Source: Terriglobia bacterium (GTDB lineage Bacteria > Acidobacteriota > Terriglobia > 2-12-FULL-54-10). Taken from it: 64,000 nt of DNA. Positions 48,273-58,300 of this stretch are shown here, piece by piece. How positions within the stretch are numbered: position 1 is the stretch's first letter; each line of letters opens with the position of its first letter. Both the position numbers and the translations under genes were made by a program. The stretch lies in assembly GCA_963666975.2 (NCBI GenBank), contig CAXVYR010000003.1:640001-704000 (forward strand), given 5' to 3'. Under the pieces are notes generated by a model. That model was not told where the DNA came from. It was given only the letters and a program-made list of their open reading frames with translations, and made no database searches.

Positions 48273-50195
48273 CTACCGGGGAGAGTTTCCCCAGGGGCTA
48301 TAGCCATCCGGGAATTGATACCCCACCGGCTCCATGCCCTGTCTCCGGGCGAAACCTGCGCCCAAGTACCTGACCTCGCCGCCAACCACGGTCATCTGCG
48401 GCACGATGTTGGGTATCTCATCGATCGGGATCGTGAAGTAGTCCTTATCGAGGACCAGTAAATCGGCCAGCTTCCCTACCTCTAATGAGCCGAGCTTGTC
48501 TTCCTTCAACACATACTCGGAGGCCCAATTCGTCCACATCTTGAGGATGGTCATCCGGCTCACAGCTTCATCCGGCAGGACTTTGCCTCCCTTGTAAACG
48601 CCCTCCAGAGCACCCACCTCACGCGTCATGAAAACCTTCCACAGGTAACCGATCCGGCGGTAGGAGTGGTTTTGTCCGACTACCCTGATGCCCGAATTGA
48701 TCCATGTCTTTACGGGCAGCAAGAAGGGGTTCATCTGCTCGCCATAGTCCCGCAAATAATCCGGATACCGCAGCAGGCGGGGCGGTCCGGCACTGACGAT
48801 GATGCCGAACTTTTTCAAATTCTCCATTACATCCGGCACTTGGCCGAGCACGGTGGCGTGCTCCACCGTCAGCCTCAGCTGGCGTATGTCCTCGACTGTC
48901 CTTCCGGTATTCTGCCGGGCCATTTCCACCATCTGCATGAAGCGCCGGACGCCGTCGCTGCCCAAGCCGTGAATGCCGGCCAGCCGCCAACCCGCTTCCA
49001 GGGCATTTTGCAAAGTATCCCAGAACATATCGCCCGGTTCCAGGCAGAGTTCCCGAGCCTTGATCTCTGGCGGCGCTTCGACATCGTCTCCGAGGCAGGC
49101 CATGGGGAAAGAGGTGTCCCACCTTACCGAGGCGACCCCGTGAATCCACAGGTAGTCGTTGCCGAGACCCGTCAGATTGCCGGTCAGCTTGTAAAACTCC
49201 CGCGTGTATTCCGGATTATTGGGATTCCGATGGACCTCATACAGAGATGCGAAGCGGATGGGCATTTTCTCTTCCCGGTTCAGCAGCGCAAAACCGTCCA
49301 TGACCAATGGATGGGGAACGCGGGAGCTGAAAGTAGTCACGCCATGAGAGGCCGCCTCTTCCAGAACCCGCCGGAACATCTCGGCGATCAGGCTGATGGG
49401 CTTGTCCTTATAAAAGATCTCCCACTTGATCGCGGCCATCTCTTGCGAGCCCACTTCGCCGCTGGTGGATGCATCGGAATCTCCGGTGGACTGGTTGATG
49501 AAATCCAGGTAATCCGGCATCACAGCCTTGGCCTCTTCCATAGCCTTGGTATTGAGAGAGCCCCGGATGCCTCCCTGCACGATGACCGGGTTCTCCGGCG
49601 AGATCCGGTCCAGGCGTTCAGCCGTCTCCAGCTTGTCGGCGGCAAACCAGGCAACCCCCCGGTTGCTGCTGACCCCTTCGTCGCGGTTGGGCCGGACCCC
49701 GACCGTAACCCAGTCGCCCGGATCAACTTTCTCAACGGCATCCTTGATGCCGTTTTCAATCTTCAGCCGGGTTGATTCCATATCTCGGGCTGCCTGGATG
49801 GTGAGGTTGACTCCCTTATGGGGCGTCGGCAACCCCATTTGAGTGCCAAGCTGCCCGCCGCCAAACAGGTGGACGTGCGACTCGATGATGCCCGGAATGA
49901 GGGTCTTGCCTCCGAGATCAATCGATTTAGTATTGGAATCCGCCATGGTCCGGATTCGCGCGCTCGTGCCGACGGCGATAATCTTGTTCCCTTTGACCGC
50001 GATCGCTTCATAGACGTTTCCAGGGTTTTCATTCAACCCGGTGTCATCCATGCTGACGACCTTGCCGTTATAGGCGATGATATCCGCGTATCCGTGCCGT
50101 GCCACTTCCGGCGGCAGCGCGCTTTGCGCGCGGACCAGAGGCGCAGCCCATGGAGATAGGAACAGCGCCATAGACGCTATCCAGAGATTTCGCAT
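48273..50195 (-). CDS. Exported amidohydrolase (amidohydrolase_3-like, atypical)
   Basis: Signal peptide from MRNLW; PGIIESHVH, IHGLG, VEH, GSLEVGKLADL. Confidence 0.88.
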   Translation of the reverse strand: MRNLWIASMALFLSPWAAPLVRAQSALPPEVARHGYADIIAYNGKVVSMDDTGLNENPGNVYEAIAVKGNKIIAVGTSARIRTMADSNTKSIDLGGKTLIPGIIESHVHLFGGGQLGTQMGLPTPHKGVNLTIQAARDMESTRLKIENGIKDAVEKVDPGDWVTVGVRPNRDEGVSSNRGVAWFAADKLETAERLDRISPENPVIVQGGIRGSLNTKAMEEAKAVMPDYLDFINQSTGDSDASTSGEVGSQEMAAIKWEIFYKDKPISLIAEMFRRVLEEAASHGVTTFSSRVPHPLVMDGFALLNREEKMPIRFASLYEVHRNPNNPEYTREFYKLTGNLTGLGNDYLWIHGVASVRWDTSFPMACLGDDVEAPPEIKARELCLEPGDMFWDTLQNALEAGWRLAGIHGLGSDGVRRFMQMVEMARQNTGRTVEDIRQLRLTVEHATVLGQVPDVMENLKKFGIIVSAGPPRLLRYPDYLRDYGEQMNPFLLPVKTWINSGIRVVGQNHSYRRIGYLWKVFMTREVGALEGVYKGGKVLPDEAVSRMTILKMWTNWASEYVLKEDKLGSLEVGKLADLLVLDKDYFTIPIDEIPNIVPQMTVVGGEVRYLGAGFARRQGMEPVGYQFPDGYSPWGNSPR

Positions 50196-50487
50196 ACTTT
50201 CTCCTCTCCCAATTTTTGGTGCTGATAATATTTTGCGGCGATTATAGGACCCCTTTTTGCGGAAAGCAAGAAAGGATTGCAGGCCAGGAGCGGGTCCTAA
50301 CTGCTTTGAAAAAAACCACTTGCCGGCGCAAAGAGAAATACCTGCCTTTGCCTGCCTTGGTTGACACAACTCTGGTCGAAAGCTAAAATAGAAGACTAAC
50401 GCAAAGTGAGCGCAAGCCTGACAGCTCTCCCGTAACGAAATACGGTTCAATCGGTTAGGCACAACACCTTCAGGCTCTCAACATCGT

Positions 50488-51438
50488 ATGGCCATTCGAA
50501 TGGCGGTAGCAAAGAAGCCCCAAAAGGCGGAACTCGGCGGCTCCGTGTTGGGTTACGTGGGCAACACGCCACTGCTGAAGTTAAGCCGGATTGCGCGGCA
50601 GTATAGTCCTGTTGAAATTTTTGCCAAGGCGGAGTGGTTCAATCCGGGCGGATCGGTCAAGGACCGCCCCGCGTTACATATGATTTTAGAGGGCGAGCGC
50701 TCCGGCGCCTTGCAGCCCGGCAAAGTGATTCTGGATGCGACCAGCGGCAATACCGGCATCGCCTATGCAATGATCGGCGCAGTGCGCGGGTATCCAGTGA
50801 AGCTCTGCCTGCCTGCCAACGCCAGCCGAGAGCGAAAGGATATCCTGAACGCCTACGGGGCAGAGTTGGTTTTGACTGATCCGGCGCTGGCTACAGATGG
50901 AGCCATTCAGGAAGCACGGGCATTGTACGAAAAAGACCCGGAGCGGTACTTTTATCCGGATCAATACAACAACGATGCGAACTGGAAAGCCCACTACCAG
51001 AGCACCGGCCCGGAGATTCTCCAGCAAACGGATGGAAAGGTGACGCATTTCGTAGCCGGCCTCGGAACCAGCGGAACCTTCATGGGAACGGGCCGCCGGC
51101 TCCGCGAAGCGAATCCCGCGATTCACCTGATCTCCTTTCAGCCGGACTCCGGATTTCACGGTCTGGAAGGGCTCAAGCACATGGGCACCGCGCTGGTGCC
51201 CGGCTTTTACGATCCTTCCCTGGCCGACGAAAATCTGGAAGTTTCCACAGAGGAAGCGCACCGGCTGGTGCGCGATTTGGCGCGGGAGGAAGGCATACTC
51301 GCGGGGATATCGAGCGGCGCCTCCCTGGCCGCTTGCTTTCAGGTGGCCGGCCGTTTGCGCAAAGGAAAGATCGTCACCATCTTCCCGGACGCTGGCGACA
51401 AATACCTGAGCGAAAACTTTTGGCGAGAGCAGGAGTAG
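50488..51438 (+). CDS. cysM: PLP-dependent cysteine synthase (CysM-type)
   Basis: GNTPL, NPGGSVKDR, TSGNTG, GLGTSGT. Confidence 0.92.
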   Translation: MAIRMAVAKKPQKAELGGSVLGYVGNTPLLKLSRIARQYSPVEIFAKAEWFNPGGSVKDRPALHMILEGERSGALQPGKVILDATSGNTGIAYAMIGAVRGYPVKLCLPANASRERKDILNAYGAELVLTDPALATDGAIQEARALYEKDPERYFYPDQYNNDANWKAHYQSTGPEILQQTDGKVTHFVAGLGTSGTFMGTGRRLREANPAIHLISFQPDSGFHGLEGLKHMGTALVPGFYDPSLADENLEVSTEEAHRLVRDLAREEGILAGISSGASLAACFQVAGRLRKGKIVTIFPDAGDKYLSENFWREQE

Positions 51439-51492
51439 CTCGTTAGCGTCCCCTTACAGTTTGCACGTCATTTCAACAAACGGTAATTCCTC

Positions 51493-51951
51493 ATGGCTTT
51501 TGAACTGCAACGAAAAGAATTGGAACGAATCGAAAAAGAAGGGGTCGCGTCCTATCCCGAAGAATGTTGTGGCATGCTGTTAGGAAAGGAGCAGGACGGG
51601 CGCAAGGTGCTCTCTGATATTCTGCCTCTGAACAATGCCCGCGAGGATTCCCCCCGCAACCGGTTCTTGATTTTACCCGAGGACTTTGTGCGGGGCGAGC
51701 GCGAAGCGCGGGCGCGCGGTCTGGATATTTTGGGATTTTATCACTCCCACCCGGACCATCCTGCCCGGCCCTCTGATTACGACCGGGAACACGCCTGGCC
51801 CTGGTATACTTATTTGATCCTCGCAGTGGAGAAGGGCCAGCCGCGAGATATGACCGGCTGGTTGCTGTCCGATGAACGGGCGAGCTTTCTCCCCGAGGAG
51901 ATGACCATCTCTGACGAGGGGACCAAATTCGAAGCACGATCAGGAACTTAA
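51493..51951 (+). CDS. mec: JAB/MPN (M67) metallopeptidase, Mec-like
   Basis: YPEECCG, GFYHSHPDHPARPSDYD. Confidence 0.9.
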   Translation: MAFELQRKELERIEKEGVASYPEECCGMLLGKEQDGRKVLSDILPLNNAREDSPRNRFLILPEDFVRGEREARARGLDILGFYHSHPDHPARPSDYDREHAWPWYTYLILAVEKGQPRDMTGWLLSDERASFLPEEMTISDEGTKFEARSGT

Positions 51952-51963
51952 GGAGCCTTCTGG

Positions 51964-52320
51964 ATGAGTGTGAAAGTGATTATCCCCGCCCCGCTGCGAC
52001 AGTACGCGGGAAAAAGCGACAGCGTCCTGGTGGACGGCCAAACCGTGGACGAGGTGTTGCAAAACCTGACGGAGCGCTATGGAGATTTGCGCAAACACCT
52101 CTACAGCGACGAGGGAAAACTCCGCAGCTTTGTGAACATCTATCGCAATGATGAAGACATCCGCTACCTGGACAAAGGGAGCACCGCCGTGAAGGAAACC
52201 GACGTGCTGAGCATCGTCCCCTCCATTGCCGGCGGCGGTCCGGTCGGTCCAGGCGCCCCCGCGATGGCGGGCGGACTTTCCCTGTTGATGAAAGCATATT
52301 GTGAAAGGAAGATGAGATGA
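51964..52320 (+). CDS. MoaD/ThiS/CysO sulfur carrier with C-terminal extension
   Basis: IPAPLR, FVNIYRNDEDIR, IVPSIAGG followed by ~27 extra residues. Confidence 0.88.
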   Translation: MSVKVIIPAPLRQYAGKSDSVLVDGQTVDEVLQNLTERYGDLRKHLYSDEGKLRSFVNIYRNDEDIRYLDKGSTAVKETDVLSIVPSIAGGGPVGPGAPAMAGGLSLLMKAYCERKMR

Positions 52321-53501
52321 ACCCGATCACCCAGTTTGCCGCGGAGAGAAAAACCGCAAAACTCTCGAATGATGAAATTCTGCGCTACAGCCGGCATCTG
52401 ATCATGCCGGAAGTGGGCATGGAAGGGCAGCTCAAACTGAAGCAGGCCAAAGTGCTGTTGATCGGGGCCGGCGGCCTGGGAGCGCCGCTGGGGCTGTACC
52501 TGGCTGCGGCAGGCGTCGGCAAGCTGGGGCTGGTGGATTTTGACGTGGTCGATTTCACCAACCTGCAGCGGCAAATCATCCATTCCACCGAGACCGTGGG
52601 GAAGCCTAAGTTGCAGTCGGCCCGGGACCGTCTTTCCGGGCTGAATCCGCACATCGAAATTGAAACCTACGAAACGGCTCTCTCCTCCCAAAACGCCCTC
52701 GGCTTGTTTCAGGACTACGACATCGTGGCTGACGGGACAGACAACTTCCCCACCCGCTACCTGGTAAACGACGCCTGCGTGCTGCTCGGTAAGCCGAACG
52801 TCTACGGCAGCATCTTTCGATTTGAAGGACAGGCATCCGTGTTTGCCACCCAAGATGGCCCTTGCTACCGCTGCCTGTATCCGGAGCCGCCACCGCCCGG
52901 CTTGGTGCCGAGTTGCGCCGAGGGCGGGGTGCTCGGAATTCTACCCGGACTCATCGGGGTGGTGCAGGCCACGGAAGTGGTCAAGCTGATCATGGGAAAT
53001 GGCACCTCACTGGCTGGACGGCTGCTGCTCTATGACGCTCTGGAGATGAAGTTCCGTGAGTTGAAATTGCGCAAGGATCCGGAGTGCCCTATCTGCGGGC
53101 CGAATCGCACCATCCACGAGCTGATTGATTACAACCAATTCTGCGGAATCACGCCGGAGCCTCCTCCGCCTCCCGGACTGACCGAGTTTGAACTCGACCC
53201 GCAGGATGTGAAGAAGAAGATGGACCGGAAGGACGATTTCTTTTTGCTGGATGTGCGCGAGCCGCACGAGGTGGAAATCTGCACGATACCCGGCTCACAT
53301 CTGATTCCATTAGGCCAGGTGACGGCTCGAGTGAATGAGCTGAACTCGGCCGATGAGATCGTCGTCTATTGCCGCAGCGGCAAGCGCAGCGGGCAGGCCG
53401 TAGAATTCCTCAAGACGGCCGGCTTCCGGAAGGTGAAAAATATGCGTGGCGGCATTCTGGCCTGGAGCGATGAAGTTGACCCTTTGGTGCCGAAGTACTG
53501 A
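52317..53501 (+). CDS. moeB: MoeB/MoeZ adenylyltransferase with rhodanese domain
   Basis: RYSRH, GAGGLG, NLQRQ, CYRC, PSCAEGG, C-terminal YCRSGKRS. Confidence 0.95.
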   Translation: MNPITQFAAERKTAKLSNDEILRYSRHLIMPEVGMEGQLKLKQAKVLLIGAGGLGAPLGLYLAAAGVGKLGLVDFDVVDFTNLQRQIIHSTETVGKPKLQSARDRLSGLNPHIEIETYETALSSQNALGLFQDYDIVADGTDNFPTRYLVNDACVLLGKPNVYGSIFRFEGQASVFATQDGPCYRCLYPEPPPPGLVPSCAEGGVLGILPGLIGVVQATEVVKLIMGNGTSLAGRLLLYDALEMKFRELKLRKDPECPICGPNRTIHELIDYNQFCGITPEPPPPPGLTEFELDPQDVKKKMDRKDDFFLLDVREPHEVEICTIPGSHLIPLGQVTARVNELNSADEIVVYCRSGKRSGQAVEFLKTAGFRKVKNMRGGILAWSDEVDPLVPKY

Positions 53502-53591
53502 GGGACGGTCTTTCCGTTCTATTCCTCGAATTAAAAAAAGCAGGAAGGCGCTTCTATCTTCTATTTTCATCGTTCAGATGGAAGCGCTGCT

Positions 53592-54107
53592 TTACTGAAT
53601 CTCCAGGGAGATGAGTTGCCATTGGGGAGCCCCCTGATTCCAGGAAAGGGGAAGCCGGTCCATCCGCAATTGAAAATCTCTTGCTTCGCTTGGCGCTAAG
53701 GGCGCGGACGTTGAACGCAACACTTCGCGATCCTCCTTCAGGACAACCTGGCTCAGAACATCGTAAAAGAACAGACGAACCACCAACTGCCGCACGGCTT
53801 TTGATCCGTTGTTGGTAATTTTTCCGTCCAAATAAACGACCTCCTGACCGAGGAAGTTCGCCTCCGCGCTCATCCTCAGTTCGGTAAGGCTCACCTGTGA
53901 AGCGTATGCAAGAGCATCCTCGGTGAGCGGCTGCGGTGGCTCCGTGGCCTGCTGGCGGCCACTCAGCAGGAAGAGCGCAATTACTACAAGCGCCGCAAAA
54001 ATTCCTCCGGCCAACACTGGAATCGAGATGGCAGCTTTTTCTTTGCCGGTCTTGCCGGGGTCGGGCGCAGGTTCTGGAGCGGCTATTGGAACGGGATCGT
54101 CTGCCAT
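53592..54107 (-). CDS. Membrane-anchored Ig-like hypothetical protein (FxLYD/DUF2393-like)
   Basis: Single TM, then GKITNNG...FFYD...LAPSEARDF. Confidence 0.7.
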   Translation of the reverse strand: MADDPVPIAAPEPAPDPGKTGKEKAAISIPVLAGGIFAALVVIALFLLSGRQQATEPPQPLTEDALAYASQVSLTELRMSAEANFLGQEVVYLDGKITNNGSKAVRQLVVRLFFYDVLSQVVLKEDREVLRSTSAPLAPSEARDFQLRMDRLPLSWNQGAPQWQLISLEIQ

Positions 54108-54108
54108 A

Positions 54109-56355
54109 CTACACCCGCTCCAGCCTGGCATATTTTTCCACCAACTTCTTCAGTCCTATGCCGGGAAAACTCACTGTCAACTTTGCCTCTTCTCCCTCGC
54201 CTTCGCGCCGCAGCACAGTGCCATAACCGTATTTCGGGTGGCGCACACGGCTTCCCGGCACAAATCCGGAGAATGCCCCACGCGGTTTGGAAGCAGCCGG
54301 TTTGGATTCTCCCCGAGAACCGAAATATCGATGTACATTTCCTACCGAGGCCTGTTGTACGGCCATTCCCTCCAACTCCGCAGGGTCGTACTCATAAACG
54401 CGCTCACTACTCGGGGAAGCAGCGGAGGACGGCCCGGAGGATAAATTCTCCAGTAGGTGTTCCGGTATCTCGCTTAAAAACCGGGAGGGCATCGAAAGCT
54501 CCGGCATCTGGCTTCCATAGTGTCTCCGCGATTCGGCCCGCGTGAGGATCAGGATATCCTGCGCGCGCGTCATCCCCACATAGCAGAGACGGCGCTCCTC
54601 TTCCAAAGCATTCTCGCTCGGCAAGGAGCGATTGTGCGGCAGCAGCCCCTCTTCCAGCCCTCCCATGAAGACCGCCGGGAACTCCAGCCCCTTGGCGCTG
54701 TGCAGCGTCATCAGAGTAATCAAGGCTTCTTCATCGAAACCGTCCGTGTCACTGACCAGGGCGGCGTGGTCCAGAAATTCCGCCAAGTTTTCACCGCGCT
54801 CCATGCTGTCGGTGGCGGCATTCAGCAATTCCTGGATGTTTTCGATCCGTCCCAAGGCTTCCGGCGTTCCTTCTTCCTCCAGCAGCGCCGTGTAGCGAGT
54901 ACGATCGATGATGGTGCGTAGCATCTCCAGAACATTCTCTTCCATGGCCGCCTTGCGCAGTCCCTCCATCAGACTGTGGAAAGCTTTCAGGGCGGAAGCG
55001 GCGCGGGTCGGGAAGAGGTCCTTCTCGACAGCCTGCCGCAGCCCGTCCCAAAGAGAGAGACCATTCTCGAGAGCCAGCTCCTCCAGTTTCCGAACCGTTT
55101 TCTGCCCGATGCCCCGAGGAGGAGAATTGATGATGCGCAACAGGCTGACCGGGTCCTGCGGGTTGGCGGCAGCTTTCAAGTAAGCCAGCAGGTCCTTGAC
55201 CTCGGCGCGCTCGTAAAAACTGATGCCGCCTACCACGCTGTACTTCAGCCCGTAACGGCGCAACGCCTCCTCATAGAGCCGGGACTGCGCATTGGTGCGA
55301 TAGAGGATGGCAGCTTTTTCGCCGGTCTGGCCGCGCTGGCGTTTGGCGATCCAGTCAGCGACAAACAAACTCTCATTCTCAGCGTCCGGCCCCTCATAAA
55401 AACCAATCTTCTGCCCTCCGTCCCGCGCCGTCCAAAGCGCTTTTCCCTTGCGATAACGGTTGTTGGCGACCACGGAAGCAGCTGCATCCAGAATGTTCTG
55501 AGTGGAGCGATAGTTCTGTTCCAAGCGAATGATGTGGGCCTGGGGATAGTCCTTTTCAAACTCCACAATGTTGCGGATGTCCGCGCCGCGCCAGGAATAG
55601 ATTGACTGGTCCTCATCGCCGACCACGCACAGGTTCTGCTGCGTCTGGGTCAGCAACCGCACTAATTCGTACTGCGCACGGTTGGTGTCCTGATATTCAT
55701 CCACCAGGATGTAGCGAAATCGCTCGTTATATTTCAGCGCGGCTTCGGAGTCCTCTTCCAACAGGCGCACGGCCTCCAGCAGCAGGTCGTCGAAGTCCAC
55801 CGCGCGTGCCTGTTTCAACGCCTTGGTATAAAGGCTATACACAACCGCTACTTTTTCGCTCAGTGGATCGGTCGTTGCCTCGAAAAATTCTTCCGGGTTG
55901 CGGCCGTGGTTTTTGGCATGACTGATGCGCGAGAGCACACCACGCGGCTTCATCTCCCGGTCGGATAGGCCCAGTTGCCGCATGCATGCTTTCACCACCG
56001 CCAATTGGTCCGACTCGTCATAGATCGAAAAGTCCCGGCTCAATCCGATGCGGGAACCGTCCTGGCGGAGCAGCCGCACACAAAAAGAATGGAAGGTCGA
56101 AATCCAGGGTTGGACTGCTCGCGGCGCCCGGATAAGGCGCTCGATGCGGTCGCGCATCTCCTGGGCGGCTTTATTGGTGAAGGTCACCGCCAGCAGGCGG
56201 TCGGGCGATATGCCGCAAGAATTGATCAGATGGGCAATGCGATAGGTAATCACCCGCGTCTTGCCGCTCCCCGCCCCGGCCAGGATCAGCAGTGGTCCCT
56301 CTGTAGCTTCTACCGCCTCCCGTTGCTGAGGATTCAGTTGGTCTAATATGCTCAT
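54109..56355 (-). CDS. pcrA: ATP-dependent DNA helicase PcrA/UvrD
   Basis: LAGAGSGKT, VDEYQDTN, VGDEDQSIY, HSAKGLEF, EERRLCYVGMTRA, C-terminal Tudor-like VRHPKYG. Confidence 0.96.
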   Translation of the reverse strand: MSILDQLNPQQREAVEATEGPLLILAGAGSGKTRVITYRIAHLINSCGISPDRLLAVTFTNKAAQEMRDRIERLIRAPRAVQPWISTFHSFCVRLLRQDGSRIGLSRDFSIYDESDQLAVVKACMRQLGLSDREMKPRGVLSRISHAKNHGRNPEEFFEATTDPLSEKVAVVYSLYTKALKQARAVDFDDLLLEAVRLLEEDSEAALKYNERFRYILVDEYQDTNRAQYELVRLLTQTQQNLCVVGDEDQSIYSWRGADIRNIVEFEKDYPQAHIIRLEQNYRSTQNILDAAASVVANNRYRKGKALWTARDGGQKIGFYEGPDAENESLFVADWIAKRQRGQTGEKAAILYRTNAQSRLYEEALRRYGLKYSVVGGISFYERAEVKDLLAYLKAAANPQDPVSLLRIINSPPRGIGQKTVRKLEELALENGLSLWDGLRQAVEKDLFPTRAASALKAFHSLMEGLRKAAMEENVLEMLRTIIDRTRYTALLEEEGTPEALGRIENIQELLNAATDSMERGENLAEFLDHAALVSDTDGFDEEALITLMTLHSAKGLEFPAVFMGGLEEGLLPHNRSLPSENALEEERRLCYVGMTRAQDILILTRAESRRHYGSQMPELSMPSRFLSEIPEHLLENLSSGPSSAASPSSERVYEYDPAELEGMAVQQASVGNVHRYFGSRGESKPAASKPRGAFSGFVPGSRVRHPKYGYGTVLRREGEGEEAKLTVSFPGIGLKKLVEKYARLERV

Positions 56356-56449
56356 CGGTTCGGGAATCTTCCAAAGCATATTCTAAACTGCAATCCAACC
56401 CATCACAAAATCCTTCGAGCTGCGCTTCCCACCGGGGTAGGCGGCTCCC

Positions 56450-56872
56450 TTATATATCAAAGTAAACCACCGCCTCCCAGCCCTCGCCGGTCTCGCGAAC
56501 CGAAAGCTGGTGATAGGTCACGGCCTTGACGACAACCGCATGCTGATACCGCGCCGGGTCGCGTCGTTCTCCCCATCCTTCCCCCTCGATCACTTTGTCG
56601 CCGATCTTCTGAATCCGGAAATCGCGGAAGACCCAGCCCTCCGCATCCATGTAATAGAGAATCTCGCTGAGCCAGTTCACAAGCAGATCTTCGCGGTCTG
56701 CTCCGTGAGCAGTTAGAGGAATGCGTTCCGTGGAACCGGAATCCTGCGCTTCCAGGGCAATGGCTGTCAGGCCGTATCCGCCGTGCACGAACAGTTCCGC
56801 CAGAGTCCGGCCATATACTCTGAGTCCGATATCAGCGGGATGCTCCAGGATTTCAAAGGAAGGCTTGTTCAC
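56450..56872 (-). CDS. Archease
   Basis: FEILEHPADIG, VKAVTYH, terminal FDI. Confidence 0.92.
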   Translation of the reverse strand: MNKPSFEILEHPADIGLRVYGRTLAELFVHGGYGLTAIALEAQDSGSTERIPLTAHGADREDLLVNWLSEILYYMDAEGWVFRDFRIQKIGDKVIEGEGWGERRDPARYQHAVVVKAVTYHQLSVRETGEGWEAVVYFDI

Positions 56873-56970
56873 GGGCGGTTCTCCACGACAAAGCCGCTAC
56901 ACAAGTAAAACACAACAAAGCTCGGCGCGGCTGGAAAGAAACCGAGTCGTGGCTGAGTCTAACGAAGCAG

Positions 56971-57750
56971 TCAATCTCCGCACAACTGTAGACGCTCGAT
57001 GCTCAACGCGCGTCCCGAGTCAGGGTCTGCCTGAATGAGGACCGCCGCCAGCCGGACGTCATTCTCAGCCGCCTCAAAACGGGTTGGCATCTGGGTCAGG
57101 AACCTCTGCAGGATGCCCTCTTTGACAATGCCGATGACGGAGTCGTAAGGACCGGTCATGCCGACGTCGGTGATGTAAGCGGTTCCGTTCGGCAGCACCC
57201 TTTCGTCCGCTGTGGGAACGTGCGTATGCGTCCCAACGACCGCCGTGGTTCGTCCGTCCAGATACCATCCCAGGGCCTGCTTTTCCGAGGTCGTCTCGGC
57301 GTGCATGTCCACGATTCTAATTTTGCAAGATGCAGGCAGCTTTTCCATCTCGCGGTCCGCGGTGCGGAAGGGACAGTCTATGGAAGCCATATAGACTCGG
57401 CCTTGCAGATTGATCACGGCATACTCTACGCCCCCCCGGGTTTTCCCCACATAACTGCCATGCCCCAATTCCCCAGGATAGTTGGCGGGACGCAGCAGGC
57501 GGGACTGGCGAGGAAGATACTCCAGAATTTCCTTTCGATCCCAGATGTGGTTGCCGCTGGTCAGCACATCGATATCCAGGGCAAGAAGCTCCTCCGCCAA
57601 GCGGGGAGTGATGCCGAAACCGGCAGCGGCATTTTCGCCGTTCGCCACCACCAGATCCACAGCACGGCTGCTGACCAGATCGGAAAGATGACTGGCCAGC
57701 AGATTCCGTCCCGGCCTGCCAAAAATGTCGCCAATAAAAAGAATGTTCAT
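56971..57750 (-). CDS. ymdB: YmdB/TIGR00282 metallophosphoesterase
   Basis: IGDI, NGEN, SGNH, DMHAETTSEK, GTHTH, TDVGMTG. Confidence 0.95.
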   Translation of the reverse strand: MNILFIGDIFGRPGRNLLASHLSDLVSSRAVDLVVANGENAAAGFGITPRLAEELLALDIDVLTSGNHIWDRKEILEYLPRQSRLLRPANYPGELGHGSYVGKTRGGVEYAVINLQGRVYMASIDCPFRTADREMEKLPASCKIRIVDMHAETTSEKQALGWYLDGRTTAVVGTHTHVPTADERVLPNGTAYITDVGMTGPYDSVIGIVKEGILQRFLTQMPTRFEAAENDVRLAAVLIQADPDSGRALSIERLQLCGD

Positions 57751-57893
57751 TTAGTTGCCAGCCTCAGCGCGATCCACAGATCGCATTCTCCCTTTTGGAT
57801 ATTGGGCATCCGGACATGGTTTGCAACCAGAAAGGCGCCTCTCGGACTCGATTTTGGCGGCTGGGCTGGGCGGCGGGAGAGCTAAAAAGAAAT

Positions 57894-58097
57894 GTGAGCA
57901 GACCGCTCGACCGTGCGTGAACTACTTTTGAACCCGCGTAATACGGGCGGAGGCTCAACGTATCCCTTTAGGCTTCTCTGCCATTCCGCGCCGTCGCGTA
58001 TTAACAGAGCCTGCACACCGGAATCCAATCGACCCTCCATGTTGAAAGCATTAGCTCAAAAGTAATGCACTTACACATGCCTCGCAGTACTGCTCCC
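57894..58097 (-). ncRNA. ssrS: 6S RNA
   Basis: Downstream of zapA; closing stem GAGCAG/CTGCTC; inner TACTTTTGAGC/GTTCAAAAGTA pairing; TATAAT just upstream. Confidence 0.82.
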
Positions 58098-58103
58098 GGT
58101 CAT

Positions 58104-58109
58104 ATTATA
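58104..58109 (-). promoter_or_regulatory. -10 box of the 6S RNA promoter
   Basis: TATAAT about 6 nt before the predicted 5' end. Confidence 0.55.
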
Positions 58110-58300
58110 TCCCTGTTCCACCACGCTCGCTCCACCTTAGAAAATTTCCGGCAGAAGAGCGCAACCGGCGTCTCAACCGGTGGCTCGTTTTGCTGCTTGC
58201 TACCACTTCGCACAAAGCAAGGAACAGGACACCGCCACGGCGGGGTCCGTCGCAGGCTCCTCTGGCGTATTATTCACCGGCGGATAATATTGCGCCAGGG

